A DNA stretch of 63,512 bases, the filler included, from Sphacelaria rigidula (Eukaryota): the NCBI GenBank assembly GCA_964200075.2. It is 6 parts of 6 records of this genome, joined end to end, with 100 filler letters (N's around TTAATTAATTAA, not from the genome) between each part and the next. Parts side by side here need not be neighbours in the genome. Positions count along the whole stretch, not along the records: positions 42,410 to 52,911 come from CAXNAA020006381.1; positions 53,012 to 63,512 come from CAXNAA020006382.1; 4 more parts are not named here. One strand, 5' to 3'. The position numbers were made by a program, and so were the translations under genes. The notes below the pieces were generated by a model. That model was not told where the DNA came from. It was given only the letters and a program-made list of their open reading frames with translations, and did not search any database. Shown here piece by piece: positions 51,440 through 63,512 of the stretch; position 1 is the stretch's first letter, and each line of letters begins with the position of its first letter.

Positions 51440-51675
51440 CGCGCGGGGGGGGTGTACTCTTGCGTGGCGTAGTCATATGACCATTGACCTCGCCTTCCTA
51501 CGAAACCGGGACAGAGCACGCCGGGGTTTCGCCGGACCAGGCTCGCACTCACCAAGCGCTTACCGTAGCGCCGTGAAGTGTTCGACACGTCGCATGAAGG
51601 GTGATCTGTATGCTGCCAAGGCTGTTCGACTCGAAGTCTACTGATTTTTGTTCACTTGGATGGCAGTCTAATGCA
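51440..51675 (+). repeat. Second copy of the 32400-32635 repeat
   Basis: Shared blocks as listed for 32400-32635. Confidence 0.75.
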
Positions 51676-52250
51676 GCAGAGGACGGCGTGCTCAGGGGAC
51701 CGCATCGGACTTCAGGCATCCCTATGTTCGGGGTTAGGGTCAGGGGAGTGATCCCTGTAGGGACTGGCCCAATTGGTTTCGAAAAACCTCGATCCTGGTG
51801 TGTTTTCAACCACGATTCGGTCTTCTGAGCACGCGGTCCTCCTACGCATTACAGACAGCCTCGAATGAGCCGCTTCGTTCTCTGGTATCGCCACTTCCAG
51901 AGCCATGGGATATACTCAACGCCTTATGGATGTCTCTCAGCATTCAAACACTAAGCGATATTTACAGTAGATTTAGTATCATGAACAATTCCATCAACAG
52001 CGACTAACTGTGGATCATCAGAAGCGACACTCTCAATCTCGTCAAAACGATGTTTGGACCGGACTGTAGCCACCTGCTGGGACGACACATTTCAACATCT
52101 CGTCCCCCGTTCTCCGTCCCTCGCTGTTTAGTCTACTCAACGAGTGTTGCGTGGCGAACTCTTCCGTGACGTTTTTGTGCATATTTGTGTAGTGACGATG
52201 AATGAACTCAAAGGGTACAACTTGGCGTACGATGTTTCATGAACGACAGT

Positions 52251-52552
52251 GCCGCGCCCCGGTGGTGTAATGGTCCGACTGTCGTCATTAGGGTGGAGAG
52301 AACGGGAGTTCGATTCCCGATGCGTTGGGTTTTTCTTCGTCATGTATTGTTTCCATCGTGGAAAGCGTGAGAACGTGAGTAAACAGAATAGTCGACTGGG
52401 TTTGTTTGACGTGAGTTGACGCGGTGCGGGAGTGCTGATCCAATCCACGAGACGAAAATGAAAGGCGCGTACCGGGGGAGGGTGTGTTGATCCCCTGAGA
52501 CCACGGACTCATCCCGAGGAAGGGGAGGGGTTCAAAAGTGTGAGGAAAAAAG
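52251..52552 (+). mobile_element. tRNA-derived SINE family 2, full length
   Basis: A box TGGTGTAATGG, B box GTTCGATTCCC, short A tail; flanking direct repeat GGGTACAAC(G)TTGGC. Confidence 0.8.
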
Positions 52553-52911
52553 GGGTACAACGTTGGCCACGACCGTCACCTTGGCAAAAAAGCGGTCGCC
52601 GCCATGATCAAGTCATGCAAACCAATGATTCTTTATGAGCAAATAATACCAATTGTAAGTTGCATCAAACAGTAGTTTGAAAACGAAAGCAAAAGCTGCT
52701 TACACTGGCCCTCCCAGTCTTCTGGTTCGATAGTAATCACATCTTGTCAACGACGGTGTCTCGAAGACAAAGAAGCGGCCTGCAATAGAACTTCTGGTCG
52801 AAAAGGCATGGACAACAACTGACTTCCATCAGAAAGTGATGCAGCGATAGCCCCCCCCCCCCTGCGAGGTCAATGGTCTGATGACTATGGCAAGCATGAT
52901 CATGAGTACAC

Positions 52912-53011
52912 NNNNNNNNNNNNNNNNNNNNNNNNNNNNNNNNNNNNNNNNNNNNTTAATTAATTAANNNNNNNNNNNNNNNNNNNNNNNNNNNNNNNNN
53001 NNNNNNNNNNN
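52912..53011. other. Artificial contig spacer
   Basis: N-TTAATTAATTAA-N, 100 bp. Confidence 0.98.
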
Positions 53012-53036
53012 TGAAGGGGTACATCATGTTGAATCC
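53012..53036 (-). CDS. Dynein heavy chain, exon 11 of 11 visible (cut by contig edge)
   Basis: GFNMMYPF after a CAG acceptor. Confidence 0.9.
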
Positions 53037-53812
53037 CTGTCGCAGTGCCGTCAGTTTGATGATCGGGCGGACATTCTTGCAGTACAACCTGGTTGGAGTG
53101 ACTGCCTCAGGTTCAACCGCCACATTACTGACGCGCATTTTGTTTTATTCCTCCGTTTGGAGGCCAGCAGCTCGAATGGTGCTTTAGCGAAGTACCGGGA
53201 GGCCGACCACAAGGTACTCCCAACAGTGGGGCTGCTTGCGCAACTATCATGTGCCGGGAAATCGTGCGACTTTGGTTGTTGTGCAAACTCAAAAACGGTG
53301 TGAGGCTTTCCTATAGCGAGGAAAACGTATTAACTTCGGCTCGTGTACTCTTGTGTCGCGGACACGTCATCGCGATTTTCCGGAGGGCGAAGCAAGACGT
53401 GCGCTTCAACAGAAAAGAAAAGACCCGGGAGTAGGCTGCACCATTGCGTGGCAAAAGCCTCCATCGCCACCCGCCGATAGAAAAAACTAATCCTGAAAGT
53501 GCAAAGCACCACCAACCAAACATGGAATCCAGCCCTACCACCCGGTCCTCAGCCTGGGAACAGAGCAAATTCACGTTCACGACGCGTTGTGTAGAAACGC
53601 AGCAAATATTGGCTTGAATTATCACACATCGTGCTTATCGTCTCCGACAGCTCGAGAGTTGTTCTCGGAGTGCTACCCTTGCGACCTCTGCACGCTTGAA
53701 ACGGCTCATGGAAAACAGATGATGAGTAACGATTTTCGACACCATATTAAACGTCAGCTCCATCGAACTCAAAACCGCATCACATCGAGCTGATTAGTGG
53801 TTGTTCGCTTGC

Positions 53813-53885
53813 CTTTGGTCCAAACTTCTTTCGCTCGAGCATGAGAGCGTGGAAATGGCATAGCCCGAACATAATGCCTTGAGTC
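53813..53885 (-). CDS. Dynein heavy chain, exon 10 (GC donor)
   Basis: TQGIMFGLCHFHALMLERKKFGPK. Confidence 0.93.
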
Positions 53886-54802
53886 CTGCCAGGTACGGGG
53901 AAGTGTACGTTCCAGTATGAAAGAATGTTGGGTCACAACAGCTTTTACCCGACTAGGGATGAATCGGGGAAGCTGAGCTAACACGGGTACTGATGTATCT
54001 CAGTCGTTTTCTATCGGTCGCCGAATTTGATCTTGTTCCTCGTCGGTGGTTTTGTGATGTTTCCTGGTATGTGTGCTTGCACCTTCCCTACTGTACGGTG
54101 CGGTTGCGCTTCACCACTTCAGTAAACTCCTTTCCTCTGTTCTCCCTCTCTCTCTACAGCTCTCTCCCCAGGTGTATTTTTTCCTCCTGGTGTGTGCAAG
54201 TACCAGGTTAGTGCCTTGCTTTCGTAAGGTTCATGGGTGAGAACTCATACCCAAACTAGTGTGGCCGAAACACTTCAGCCGCAATCTGTTCCCGCGGCTT
54301 TTGTTCTGTTCTCAATCGGGTGTGTTATTGCAGAAGACCTTTTCCACCTGAAGTCAAGTCGCATAGGCCGGCCATTTCTAGTCATTTTTTCGTCTTTGCT
54401 CCTGTCTTTTGTTTTTCAATCTGCTCTTTGTGTCTATTCCACCTCTCCACTCTCTCCTCTTTCTCCACTTTCTCTCAGACAATGTTTCCGTATTGATTTG
54501 TCCCCGGTACGCCTGTCCTGTTACCTCGGCTGGATCCCTGGAGGATCAGTTCATGTGCGTCAATCAATCAAATCAATTGATGAATCAATGAATCAATGAA
54601 TCAATTGATCGATTGATCAATTAACAGACATGTTTTCAACCCGACTGAAGCGACACACCGTGACGACAAGATATCATATTTTGGTGCGGAAATAATAAGG
54701 TAGCCCTTGCAGCAGCAAATGAAACGGTAATGATCAACTCGTACTGTACGCATCTCCTTGTAGCCGCACGCATGTACTTGATGCAACGGAATAGATATTC
54801 AC

Positions 54803-54904
54803 CTAGGTTCAAGGTCACCGTATTCCTCCCTAGAGATGGAAGCAAATGCTTGCTTCAGGTTTGCTCTCAGGCCCGATGGCGGATCGTTAGTGAGCTTGAT
54901 ACAC
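54803..54904 (-). CDS. Dynein heavy chain, exon 9
   Basis: CIKLTNDPPSGLRANLKQAFASISREEYGDLEP. Confidence 0.95.
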
Positions 54905-55540
54905 CTGTCCACAATAAGAGTGCACCCAAACGCGTCCCACTTAATCAGGTCCACTGTTCTACTGCGTGCCGAACTGGTCCGCTGCAGCTGTGGGGTCCGG
55001 GTTGCGATAATGACAAGGTCGGAGAGTTTGGATTACTCGTCCCTACTGCCGAATGCACTATACCCCCGCTTATGATGATCACATTACGGGTACGCAACGG
55101 CCAATACTGCTTCAGTGACCCATGAAACCTCATGTAGGCGCTATCGAGGCCCCGTACAAATCTACCCAGGCTAGAAAAATGGCGCCAAAACGTTATGATT
55201 ATGTGAGGTGAAGATTAGCCCTGAATACCCCACGGTGGAGCAATACTTTGGGCGCGTTGCGGAGATCCAATATCAGCATACTCTACACAACAAGGCATGC
55301 ACCAGAATGATGGTGAGATAATCCAGCTCTTGAGATCTTCAAGTTCGAGGTCTTCAATGCTGGGCTGCTGGTCCAAGCACCAGGCTGGGGAGGGGAAGAA
55401 TAAAGCTGTACCAAATATAAGGCGATGAATGATACCGTTATCTACTCGGTCAGCCGCTGTTGTATACACGGGAAAGTTGTTCGTTTGCAGAAATATCGTG
55501 GCACGTACGTAACACTAGTAGCTACGCCAAGAATCGCCAC

Positions 55541-55701
55541 CTTTCCAGTATCCCTACTGGGATCATGTTGGTAGGGTCTGACGAGAGCATGACCCGGAAA
55601 TCGGCGTTTGATCCGATCTCCTTGTAGTAGTCCAATCGCTTGTCCAGCGTTGGTAGCCAGCGAGGCATGAGGTGTACATTGTTTAGCACCACCCAGTGAC
55701 C
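55541..55701 (-). CDS. Dynein heavy chain, exon 8
   Basis: GHWVVLNNVHLMPRWLPTLDKRLDYYKEIGSNADFRVMLSSDPTNMIPVGILE. Confidence 0.95.
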
Positions 55702-56975
55702 CTGCGTACAACCGGCATTGAGAATCGATGGCAACGGCGATGGTGGCGGTTGTATGGAATGCATATTGCATTAACTCTTATTCGAGGCATGCACTTAACC
55801 GCGTCACGTGCAATTGTACACGTCTTGAGCAACGCCCTGCAAAGCAAACGATGGGGATTCATGTTCGTGGGCGTTTTGTCGTTCGTCGACAAGAACACTG
55901 AAAACCACTCGCACACCTGCTTTTTCCTTCTTCAGCACACTCTACGGGCACAAACCCGCGCATCAAATAGTTGTGAGGTCATGGCATAGTGCTGTTCTCG
56001 GATAGTCTCAGCATACATTGTGGTTGTCTCATGATCACAACTATGGATCTCAAATTCCCTGGGGATTCTCAAAGGGTAACATTTGGTCCTACGTAGCCAG
56101 GGCGAGAGTACAGGTATACAACATACAGTGAATTTTCCCACTAGCTTGGAACGAATTGTTGTCCTCTCCTTTCTCTCGTCGTTCCTGTGACCCGTTCGCC
56201 CATCGCAGGACGGGTCCGTCGCCTGATAACACCAACCTCATTTCTCCCCCGCTTCCCTATCAACTTATTTTCGAGCGAGATATCAGCATCCTCGCAGCCC
56301 CTTGGATTCCGGCGTATTTTTGTATATTCAAGCCCTCACGCTGTCGGACATCGTAAATCAAAGAAGGAACCATGACTGCATAGATTCGAACGCCTTGAAG
56401 TCGCCCACACTAGTACGCTCATGTATCAGTTTTGCCACCAAAGCACGGTGCTGTTGCTGGGGGCATATCGATATGTCCTTCAGAATCTCAGCCTGGACAA
56501 GGTAGTGCATTATCGTCAATCTCATCGGCGTCTTACTTTTACGGCAACGGCTAATGCATGAGGATCGCCCCACACCCATTTCCGCCAACAACTAGCTGTA
56601 TGTGAGATATAAACCGTCTGGCTGTTCGATTCGAACCCTGTGGATATCGGACCAGAGGGTCTTAGAACCAAAGCGTAGGCAAAATTGGTGCCGATGGCAT
56701 GCTTCTATATGGGCTCTGCGCCTCCGAGCGGCGTCAGCCGGCACTACATGCAGTCACCATGCCGCGAGCTTGCTCGCGCGCCCCGATGCGGACCCTGTCA
56801 GTAGTTCGACCGCGCTGCTGCACCCTGTTCTATTGCTGCGTAATTCTACTATGCGTGTGTAACCCGCTATTTGGTGTTGGTGGTGACTGTGGTTTGTACA
56901 TTCCGTTCCGAAGAGTGTAGTGTACTGTAGTACGAAAGATCACTGCACGTCGCAATATTAGCAAGGATATCGCAC

Positions 56976-57023
56976 CTTCGCACGTCCAGCGTCAAGGCGC
57001 TCCATGGCGACTTCATCTTGGCC
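56976..57023 (-). CDS. Dynein heavy chain, exon 7 (48 nt)
   Basis: GQDEVAMERLDAGRAK, completing ISLGQ|GQ. Confidence 0.92.
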
Positions 57024-57458
57024 CTGTCAGCACGAGAAACAACGAATAGCAGAGGATTGTGTCATTGTTGTTCGAAGTCATATGGTGAATACATCAACCC
57101 AGACACGCGGCATTGCTCCGCTGAGAGCAGAACGTCCAGCACGAAGACGACTGGGTCGTATGGTCTGCCGAAAGAATTGCGTTTCGCTGAATTTGCACGT
57201 CGCCAATACTCTACGGCGGTTCCGGCCACCTCGTCCGGTAACATCTATGAGAGGGAACTTGACATGAACACCGACTTGATCACCCCTAGCCATTATTATG
57301 TCTGCGTCACATTTGCTTGACTTGACCAAGGGCAACAGATGCGAGAAATCCACGGGCAATGAACCCATGAAGCTAAGCCTTTCACGGTGAGCTTCCCTGT
57401 TCGCGTTGAGGGATCCCCGCCGCAGAGCAACAGGCGCAAGAACAAGCCAATCGGTCAC

Positions 57459-57611
57459 CTGTCCCAGTGAAATGTCGTGGTACGTGGCCCCTCGCTCCAT
57501 GTGGTGCTTGTTGGCCAGTTTGTCCACGTCCGCCGTCACGTTCGCCCCCGGCGAGAGTATAAAGTATATCGGCGTCACTGGATTCGCGTCTTTGAAGGCT
57601 TCTGATAGCAC
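57459..57611 (-). CDS. Dynein heavy chain, exon 6
   Basis: VLSEAFKDANPVTPIYFILSPGANVTADVDKLA...YHDISLGQ (AAA6). Confidence 0.95.
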
Positions 57612-58607
57612 CTGCGTGGAGTCAGTAAATTGCAAGCTGTGCGTCGGTCACAGTTCTTGCTTTCTCTTGTATCAGCTGCGGTAGATCCACGGTGTCGACC
57701 CAAATGATGAACTGGGGACGCATGGGAGATTTGTATGTGAAAGGAGTAGACTCTTCTTCGTTCAGTCGATCTGAAATGTGTCGTTGGGTGCAAAGGAGCT
57801 TGGAGCAATTTTATCGCCCCCTTGAAGAGGTTCGGAGTCAGGCCCAAAGTCGTTTTGGGCATCGTACGCGGGCTTTAGACCAATTTCTATGCGTAGAGAA
57901 ACGACTACATGCCCCTGAACACGTATGGACAGTCACGTAGTAAATCGGTGAGCCGCGAGCCGTGGAAGACTTCCGACAGTTCCTAGAAAAGGACTACGAA
58001 AGCAAGAAGACCTAAATAGCCGACTAAGGCAGGAATGATCTCAAAGAGGAACTTGTCACACGGTCTCTGTTGGGCTATGGTATCCGGCCGCACTCGTGCA
58101 TCTGCGAGGGCTCCCACTACAGTGGCGTGTGCACGGGACTGGATCGTGTCAGCCATTCGACTCGCTCCTAATACGAACGTATGCGAGATTGACGCGGGCG
58201 GTCGAAACGCGGTCGGAGTACCGATCACTCTCGTTCTCTCATTCTACTACTGTTTCATGGCAACGCTAATCAGTAGTTGCACTACGAGACGAAACTCGCT
58301 GATGGGGTACCGGAAGTATACGGCAGCAACAGTTGACCACGGTTGGATCCGTTGGGAGTCGGTTCATGTACAACAACCCAATCCAACCAAATCAAGTCTA
58401 GCCAAATCAACAAAAAAGGTACTGAGTATCGGAAGTCCAAGGGTATAAAGTTTACTGCACATGTGATACGGCATAGAATAGACCACTGACAGAATATCCT
58501 TGCCCGGGGCACCGGACTTGCAAGTTTTCACTCGAAAGCTCTGACTTGTGATCGATCGGTGTAATCTTTTCGCCACTTTTGCCTTTGTCTTTTTTCGAGG
58601 CACGTAC

Positions 58608-58688
58608 CTGAAAACTGTTGAGCTTAGCGTCGATGTCAGTGAAGGATGGACCATCCGGTAGATTATTGCGCACGAAATTTGCGATTGC
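58608..58688 (-). CDS. Dynein heavy chain, exon 5
   Basis: AIANFVRNNLPDGPSFTDIDAKLNSFQ; phase 0/0. Confidence 0.9.
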
Positions 58689-59314
58689 CTGACGGACATT
58701 ACCCAGCCAACGAAGGACACGCTTCGTTAGACTGCACGCGGAACGCTGGGGTACACGATCACTGAGGGTTTAGCTGGTGCGGATCTAGAGAGAAAAATGC
58801 TACTGGTGGACTATGTTCGCCGTCAAGTAGCAAAAGGATCACAGGACGCATGACATACAAGCACGTGGTGACAATCAGCGTACGCATATGCGGTGGCAAT
58901 AACCAGTAGCGTCGGCGTTCCCCACCTCTCTTCCGTCCAGCTGGATTTCACACACACAACTTCCCCGACAAAACAATCCTCGGGCTTTCCGGCTGTTCAC
59001 GAAGTAGCATATGAGGATACCGAGGATGTAGTATGGGATATGCTGCTACAGACAACTCATCGCAAGCCTGAGGTATCCAGTCCGCTGCTTTAAGCGACGC
59101 ACAATCAATGCAAGCAGCGTGACCCCAAAATACACCTTGTCGGTAGTGTCACCAAAATACACCAGATTTACCACCCTCCCACCCTCCCGCCCTACTACCC
59201 TGCTTTGTTTTTTCACCATGCGTAAGTACCCGTTGTACCGGACCCTATCCACGATGACTAACATACTGTGAAGAGCGATTTTCTTCTTCGATACTTGTAT
59301 CTTGTACAACTGAC

Positions 59315-59486
59315 CTGGGTAGTGCGGTCTGGCCTCAGGCATCGCACAACAAGAAGCTTCTGAAATGGTCGCTTGTCCAGCTCTCGCCAGTCGAGCGGTA
59401 GCTTCTCCAGCTCTGGCGCCGCGGCATCGAACCATTCCCTGAAGCGGGGTGCCGACTCGGCAACGTCGTTTGCTAGCTTCGTGAAC
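59315..59486 (-). CDS. Dynein heavy chain, exon 4
   Basis: FTKLANDVAESAPRFREWFDAAAPELEKLPLDWRELDKRPFQKLLVVRCLRPDRTTQ. Confidence 0.95.
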
Positions 59487-60612
59487 CTGAATACGCATGT
59501 GCCACGTCATCGACACGACACGAATATTAGGCGCTCGTTCACCTTCGAGGAGCTCATGGTGTTGACTGATGTCACTACAGGGGTGCACAAAATATTTTTC
59601 AGGGATGAAATGTCAGGAGCCCTATAACATCTCATCCTTAGAACCACTTGCAAAACACGTGAGAGAACGCCATGATTAACATCCCAACGGGCTAGACATT
59701 TTTCTCGAATGAATTTATAACGGGGATGTCCTGACCCATAGTCTTGTGTCGCTCCTGACATTATGAACCCCTCGATGGGGAGTATCTGGGCCCAAAAGCG
59801 TTGTACCTACCGTGGCATGATCGCTGTGTTTCCGACGGTTAAAAGCTAATGGATATGGAGGTGAGTTCAGAGCAGAGTTCCTTGCGTTCCCTGCATATTT
59901 TAAAAAAGAGCGATCAGAGGGTAATGACCTTGATGTTGGGTAATGAACAGCGTACTGACGTACAGCATGAAGGACATACAGTATTCGTACCAAGCACTCC
60001 ACAATTGCAACGTCTAACTCGGGCAGGATTCCCAGCTACTGTGTCTTCGCTTTTTGAGAAGTAATAGACCGAGTAGCTCCCATGTGATCACTCTCTGGGT
60101 CAATGACGCTACTCCGTAAAGCGAGGTACAACTCGTCAACATCGCTCGCTACATTGGTGGTCGTGCGTAGCGTAGCTAGATACATCAAACCGTAACGATT
60201 GAATACTGCACTACAATATACCGAGCATCGAAAGCTTACTCTAAAAGGTTAGCGTTCAACTTGTGCAGCGACTCAAACTATATTCCTATATTTGTTTTGA
60301 CCCGGATATATGCCTGACCGCAGGCAACAGCATCGAGCGTTGATGTGGCGAAACCGGGTGCCAATACTCTGAGCATGTATACAGTCCTCATGTCATCAGA
60401 CAGTGGTGTCATGGTACGAGTGCACAAAATGTTTCTGGGGCTCTTCACTTCAGGAGCCCCTCGATGAGAAACATAAGGGCCTAAGTGTGCAACATAAGAC
60501 AACGCTTGGCCTAACACGTGCACCCATACCGTGGCACCATCCCAGACAGACGCGACGTTTATATTATGATCAACATGCACATAACCGTTATCGTGCACGG
60601 CAATTGGTTTAC

Positions 60613-60776
60613 CCTGGAAGGCCGCTCAATTCCAAGATCGCGCTCCATGTCGATTCAGAAAGCCAGTCGGCAGGTGGCGCATCATCACCGCCACCGCTAC
60701 CCCCCCCTCGAGCACCCTTGAGAAGAAATTCTAGCGACTCCACGGAGAACCCGGTGTCCACTCCAAAAGCACCGAC
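60613..60776 (-). CDS. Dynein heavy chain, exon 3
   Basis: VGAFGVDTGFSVESLEFLLKG...PPADWLSESTWSAILELSGLP. Confidence 0.92.
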
Positions 60777-61107
60777 CTGCGGAGCACAACGGACATGGCA
60801 TCCTCAGATGAAGTCAAGGGCAACAAGTGCACAGAGACCACCCATTGAAAAGTCTGGAGAAAAGATATCCAAGTGAATATGAAAATGTAGTCTATCCGAG
60901 TAACAGAGTGTGGCGTTCGCCGTTAAGTAGTACTAAGACCCACCTATGCCGAAGGGTCCGAGATCTCTCGCACCCCGTATCGTTGATTCGCTCGATAGAG
61001 CGGCCGAGGTCTCGATACGTAGGGTACTACTCAGAATTGAAACTTGCGTGAAAAACATCAGTTCTGGTGCGACAACATTGCTGCTGCGTCTTGAGTGGGG
61101 TACAGTA

Positions 61108-61470
61108 TGTGTTCTGTCATCCCGTCTATTCTGGACGCCAGTCTACACCTCTTGGTGTATGTGGGCGATTCAGCCGGGGTCACACAGGAGGAGCGTCAAC
61201 GCAGGAATTTTTCTTCTTTACTTGTTTCAGGACTCCACCTTCCTTCTACGGTGCTTGCCTTTTTTTGTTCATCGCGAGAGAGGTTCAGGGGTCCCTTTCC
61301 CTCGTCGACCATGAGGTCAAATGCTGTGTACCCACGACACAGTTGATCTCCACTGTTGGGCATGGTAGGAGAAAAACATCCCAGATCGCGTGACTACATC
61401 GAGATTCGAACCCACGATCCAACCGTCAGAAGGTTTTGAAGTTATCAACTGAGCTACCGGGGCGGCCGGC
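61108..61470 (-). mobile_element. SINE family 1, full length, inside a dynein intron
   Basis: Same head and body as 40776-41131. Confidence 0.88.
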
Positions 61471-61980
61471 TACACAGTACCTATTCTAAAAGCTGCTCCG
61501 ATACACTGCGACGATTGAATACGCTGGGGGCCGAATCTTGATTCGTTCCGAGCGACCGCCTCAAAGAAAGAACGTGCAGTACAAAAAGTAGCAGCCTGGT
61601 GATAGCTCTTGCGGTATGGCAACGCGCAAGGGAACGAAGACCACCTGCCTACCCGCCGCAGTGACTAGACTGGTGACTAGACAACCGGATACACAGGTAG
61701 CTGCACTGACGATTCACCTCTGCGGTCCGTTTTTGCTTTTTCGGATGTCGCGAGGTTGGACTTGCATCTTGCGCTTCTTCTAGTAACCCGGGATCCAATA
61801 CAAACGCAAGCACCCAGCTGCCAGGCCACGACTTGTATACCGGGGTACATCAGGGTGGTCTGATGGAAAACAAACGATGTGCTGCTCTTGCATCACGAGA
61901 CTGAAAAAGTCGCCATTGGGCGACGGATGATACCGAGAAAAACACCCTTAAAAGAACTCATCTGCACGATGTCTACTTAC

Positions 61981-62080
61981 CTGCAACAAGCCGAACGTGA
62001 CTTGGGTCAAAAAGATCAGCCTGTGCTTCTCGAACAGACCTCGCGTTACCCACGAGTAAACTGTATACCGAAGGCTCCGC
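61981..62080 (-). CDS. Dynein heavy chain, exon 2
   Basis: RSLRYTVYSWVTRGLFEKHRLIFLTQVTFGLLQ; CAG|GTAAGT donor. Confidence 0.95.
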
Positions 62081-63060
62081 CTGAGATTTTCCGTATGGTA
62101 TGAGAGGAAAACGTCGGTAACCGTGCCGCGAGCGGCCCGGCATAATACGGTTCATGGAGCCACGGCCCGTAAAGGATGATCGTGAAGAGAAACCCTCCTC
62201 AAAGATAGGTGTTTGCTCATAGGCGGGTTCATGCTGGGACTAAAGGCGTGCCTGTCCGTAATACATCTTGCCCCTTGCGAATGGCCAACCGTGTCCTTTT
62301 CCAACTCTTGATCCAAATTCGCACTCTGGGGACGCAAACTCACGCGAGCGCACCCTTGATCACCAGGAAATGGAAACATCAGCTCAAAGTAGTCAGACTA
62401 GAAAAATGACACATCCCGAGAAAAGCAAATACAAACATGGTGCACTGACGTAGGCAACAGGTCGTTATCTTATAGAGTCGTGCTAGGATATGGTTGCAAA
62501 AAGCATTCATGGGCCGGCATACTAGAGCTAGACGTAGGCTCGCGCGCACTCGCACCGGTGCAGCTAGGGCGAAGTTTCGTTTGAACGTGAGGCTATCCTC
62601 TGGCAGGCGAAAACCACATGATGCGAAAAAAGTCACTATTTTGTTTCACAACGCGAAAATCCCTCGGACATATTTTGGCCAAACAATTGCACCCCTACCG
62701 TAGCACCGTAGCTCGACTCTGAAACAGGCTTCGGGAGAACCCCCTACAGGACCTTTTCAGGGCTTCAAATGAGAGGCCATACAAGAAGCAAGGCCGCACA
62801 AGCAATTTGCGAGTCAGCTACCGACAGACCGCAACATTCCGAGTCTCAAGCACCGACACTGCGGAGAAGGAGACAAGATACCTGTAATGCAGGTGGAAGA
62901 GAACATATTCATGAGGTATCCGTGCATATCATCGTGCGGCCAGAGGCGCTTGACTTGCAGAGAGTGTACCGGGAAAGGATGCTATATCACCATCCCCGGC
63001 TGAGCAGTTCCCTGGGGCTACTCATCTTATTCCTCCCTGTCTTTGAATGACCCTGAATAC

Positions 63061-63132
63061 CTCAATTTCTCCACGCGAAGCGGCTTATCGTCTGGGGCTG
63101 GTTCCGCAGAATGGATTGCCTTGAAGAAAAAT
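63061..63132 (-). CDS. Dynein heavy chain, exon 1 of 11 visible (axonemal, probably outer-arm type)
   Basis: FFFKAIHSAEPAPDDKPLRVEKL; phase-2 join to the next exon. Confidence 0.88.
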
Positions 63133-63512
63133 CTGCACAACATCGACAACACCCAAGCAGAACACATGAAAAACGTGTGCGTGAAAGCACGCTACCAAAA
63201 TGTGCCCAGGATATATTCACTCAGGGGGTGGACACCAATTCTGGTGGCTGGTCCCCGAAGAAGGATGTATATACGGCGGGAAAAGCACATATTTGTTCTT
63301 CCATGGTGGATGGATTTTGCTGAGTAAAAACAGAAGAAGGAAAGCAAGTAACGATAGTCATGAGGCTTACTCAAATGTGTGTAAAATCGGTGTAACCTCG
63401 AGATATCTATATAAACATAATAACGTGCACTCTATTTTTGAGTATTGTGGCGAAATCACGCCGTCACGGTTGACTATATAGTGGATCCTGGATGATGACC
63501 AGGGGACAAGGG

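Overview
Eukaryotic, intron-rich, repeat-dense DNA, most likely a flagellated stramenopile such as a brown alga (inferred from gene style and protein similarity, not proven). The window is not one locus. It is six contigs of 10503/10502/10502/10502/10502/10501 bp (the first and last bounded by the window edges), in descending size, joined by artificial 100-bp spacers (N44-TTAATTAATTAA-N44). Gene fragments rebuilt exon by exon: high-Mr thioredoxin reductase (2 exons), a class II DnaJ exon, rRNA-processing EBP2 (4 exons), an axonemal dynein heavy chain (11 exons, AAA6 region), an orphan terminal exon ending in a CaaX box, and a glycosyltransferase-like terminal exon. Mobile DNA: two tRNA-headed SINE families, hAT-like MITEs with 8-bp TSDs, a piggyBac-like MITE, several foldback MITEs, a Gypsy RNase H relic and a decayed IS630/Tc1-like transposase with a very long D-to-E spacer. 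The most striking observations are two different hAT-like MITEs stacked in the same 8-bp target, which is an EBP2 splice donor and is now present three times, and two GC-AG introns among 14 resolvable introns. I found no convincing novel multi-gene system. Most ORFs in the supplied track are spurious.
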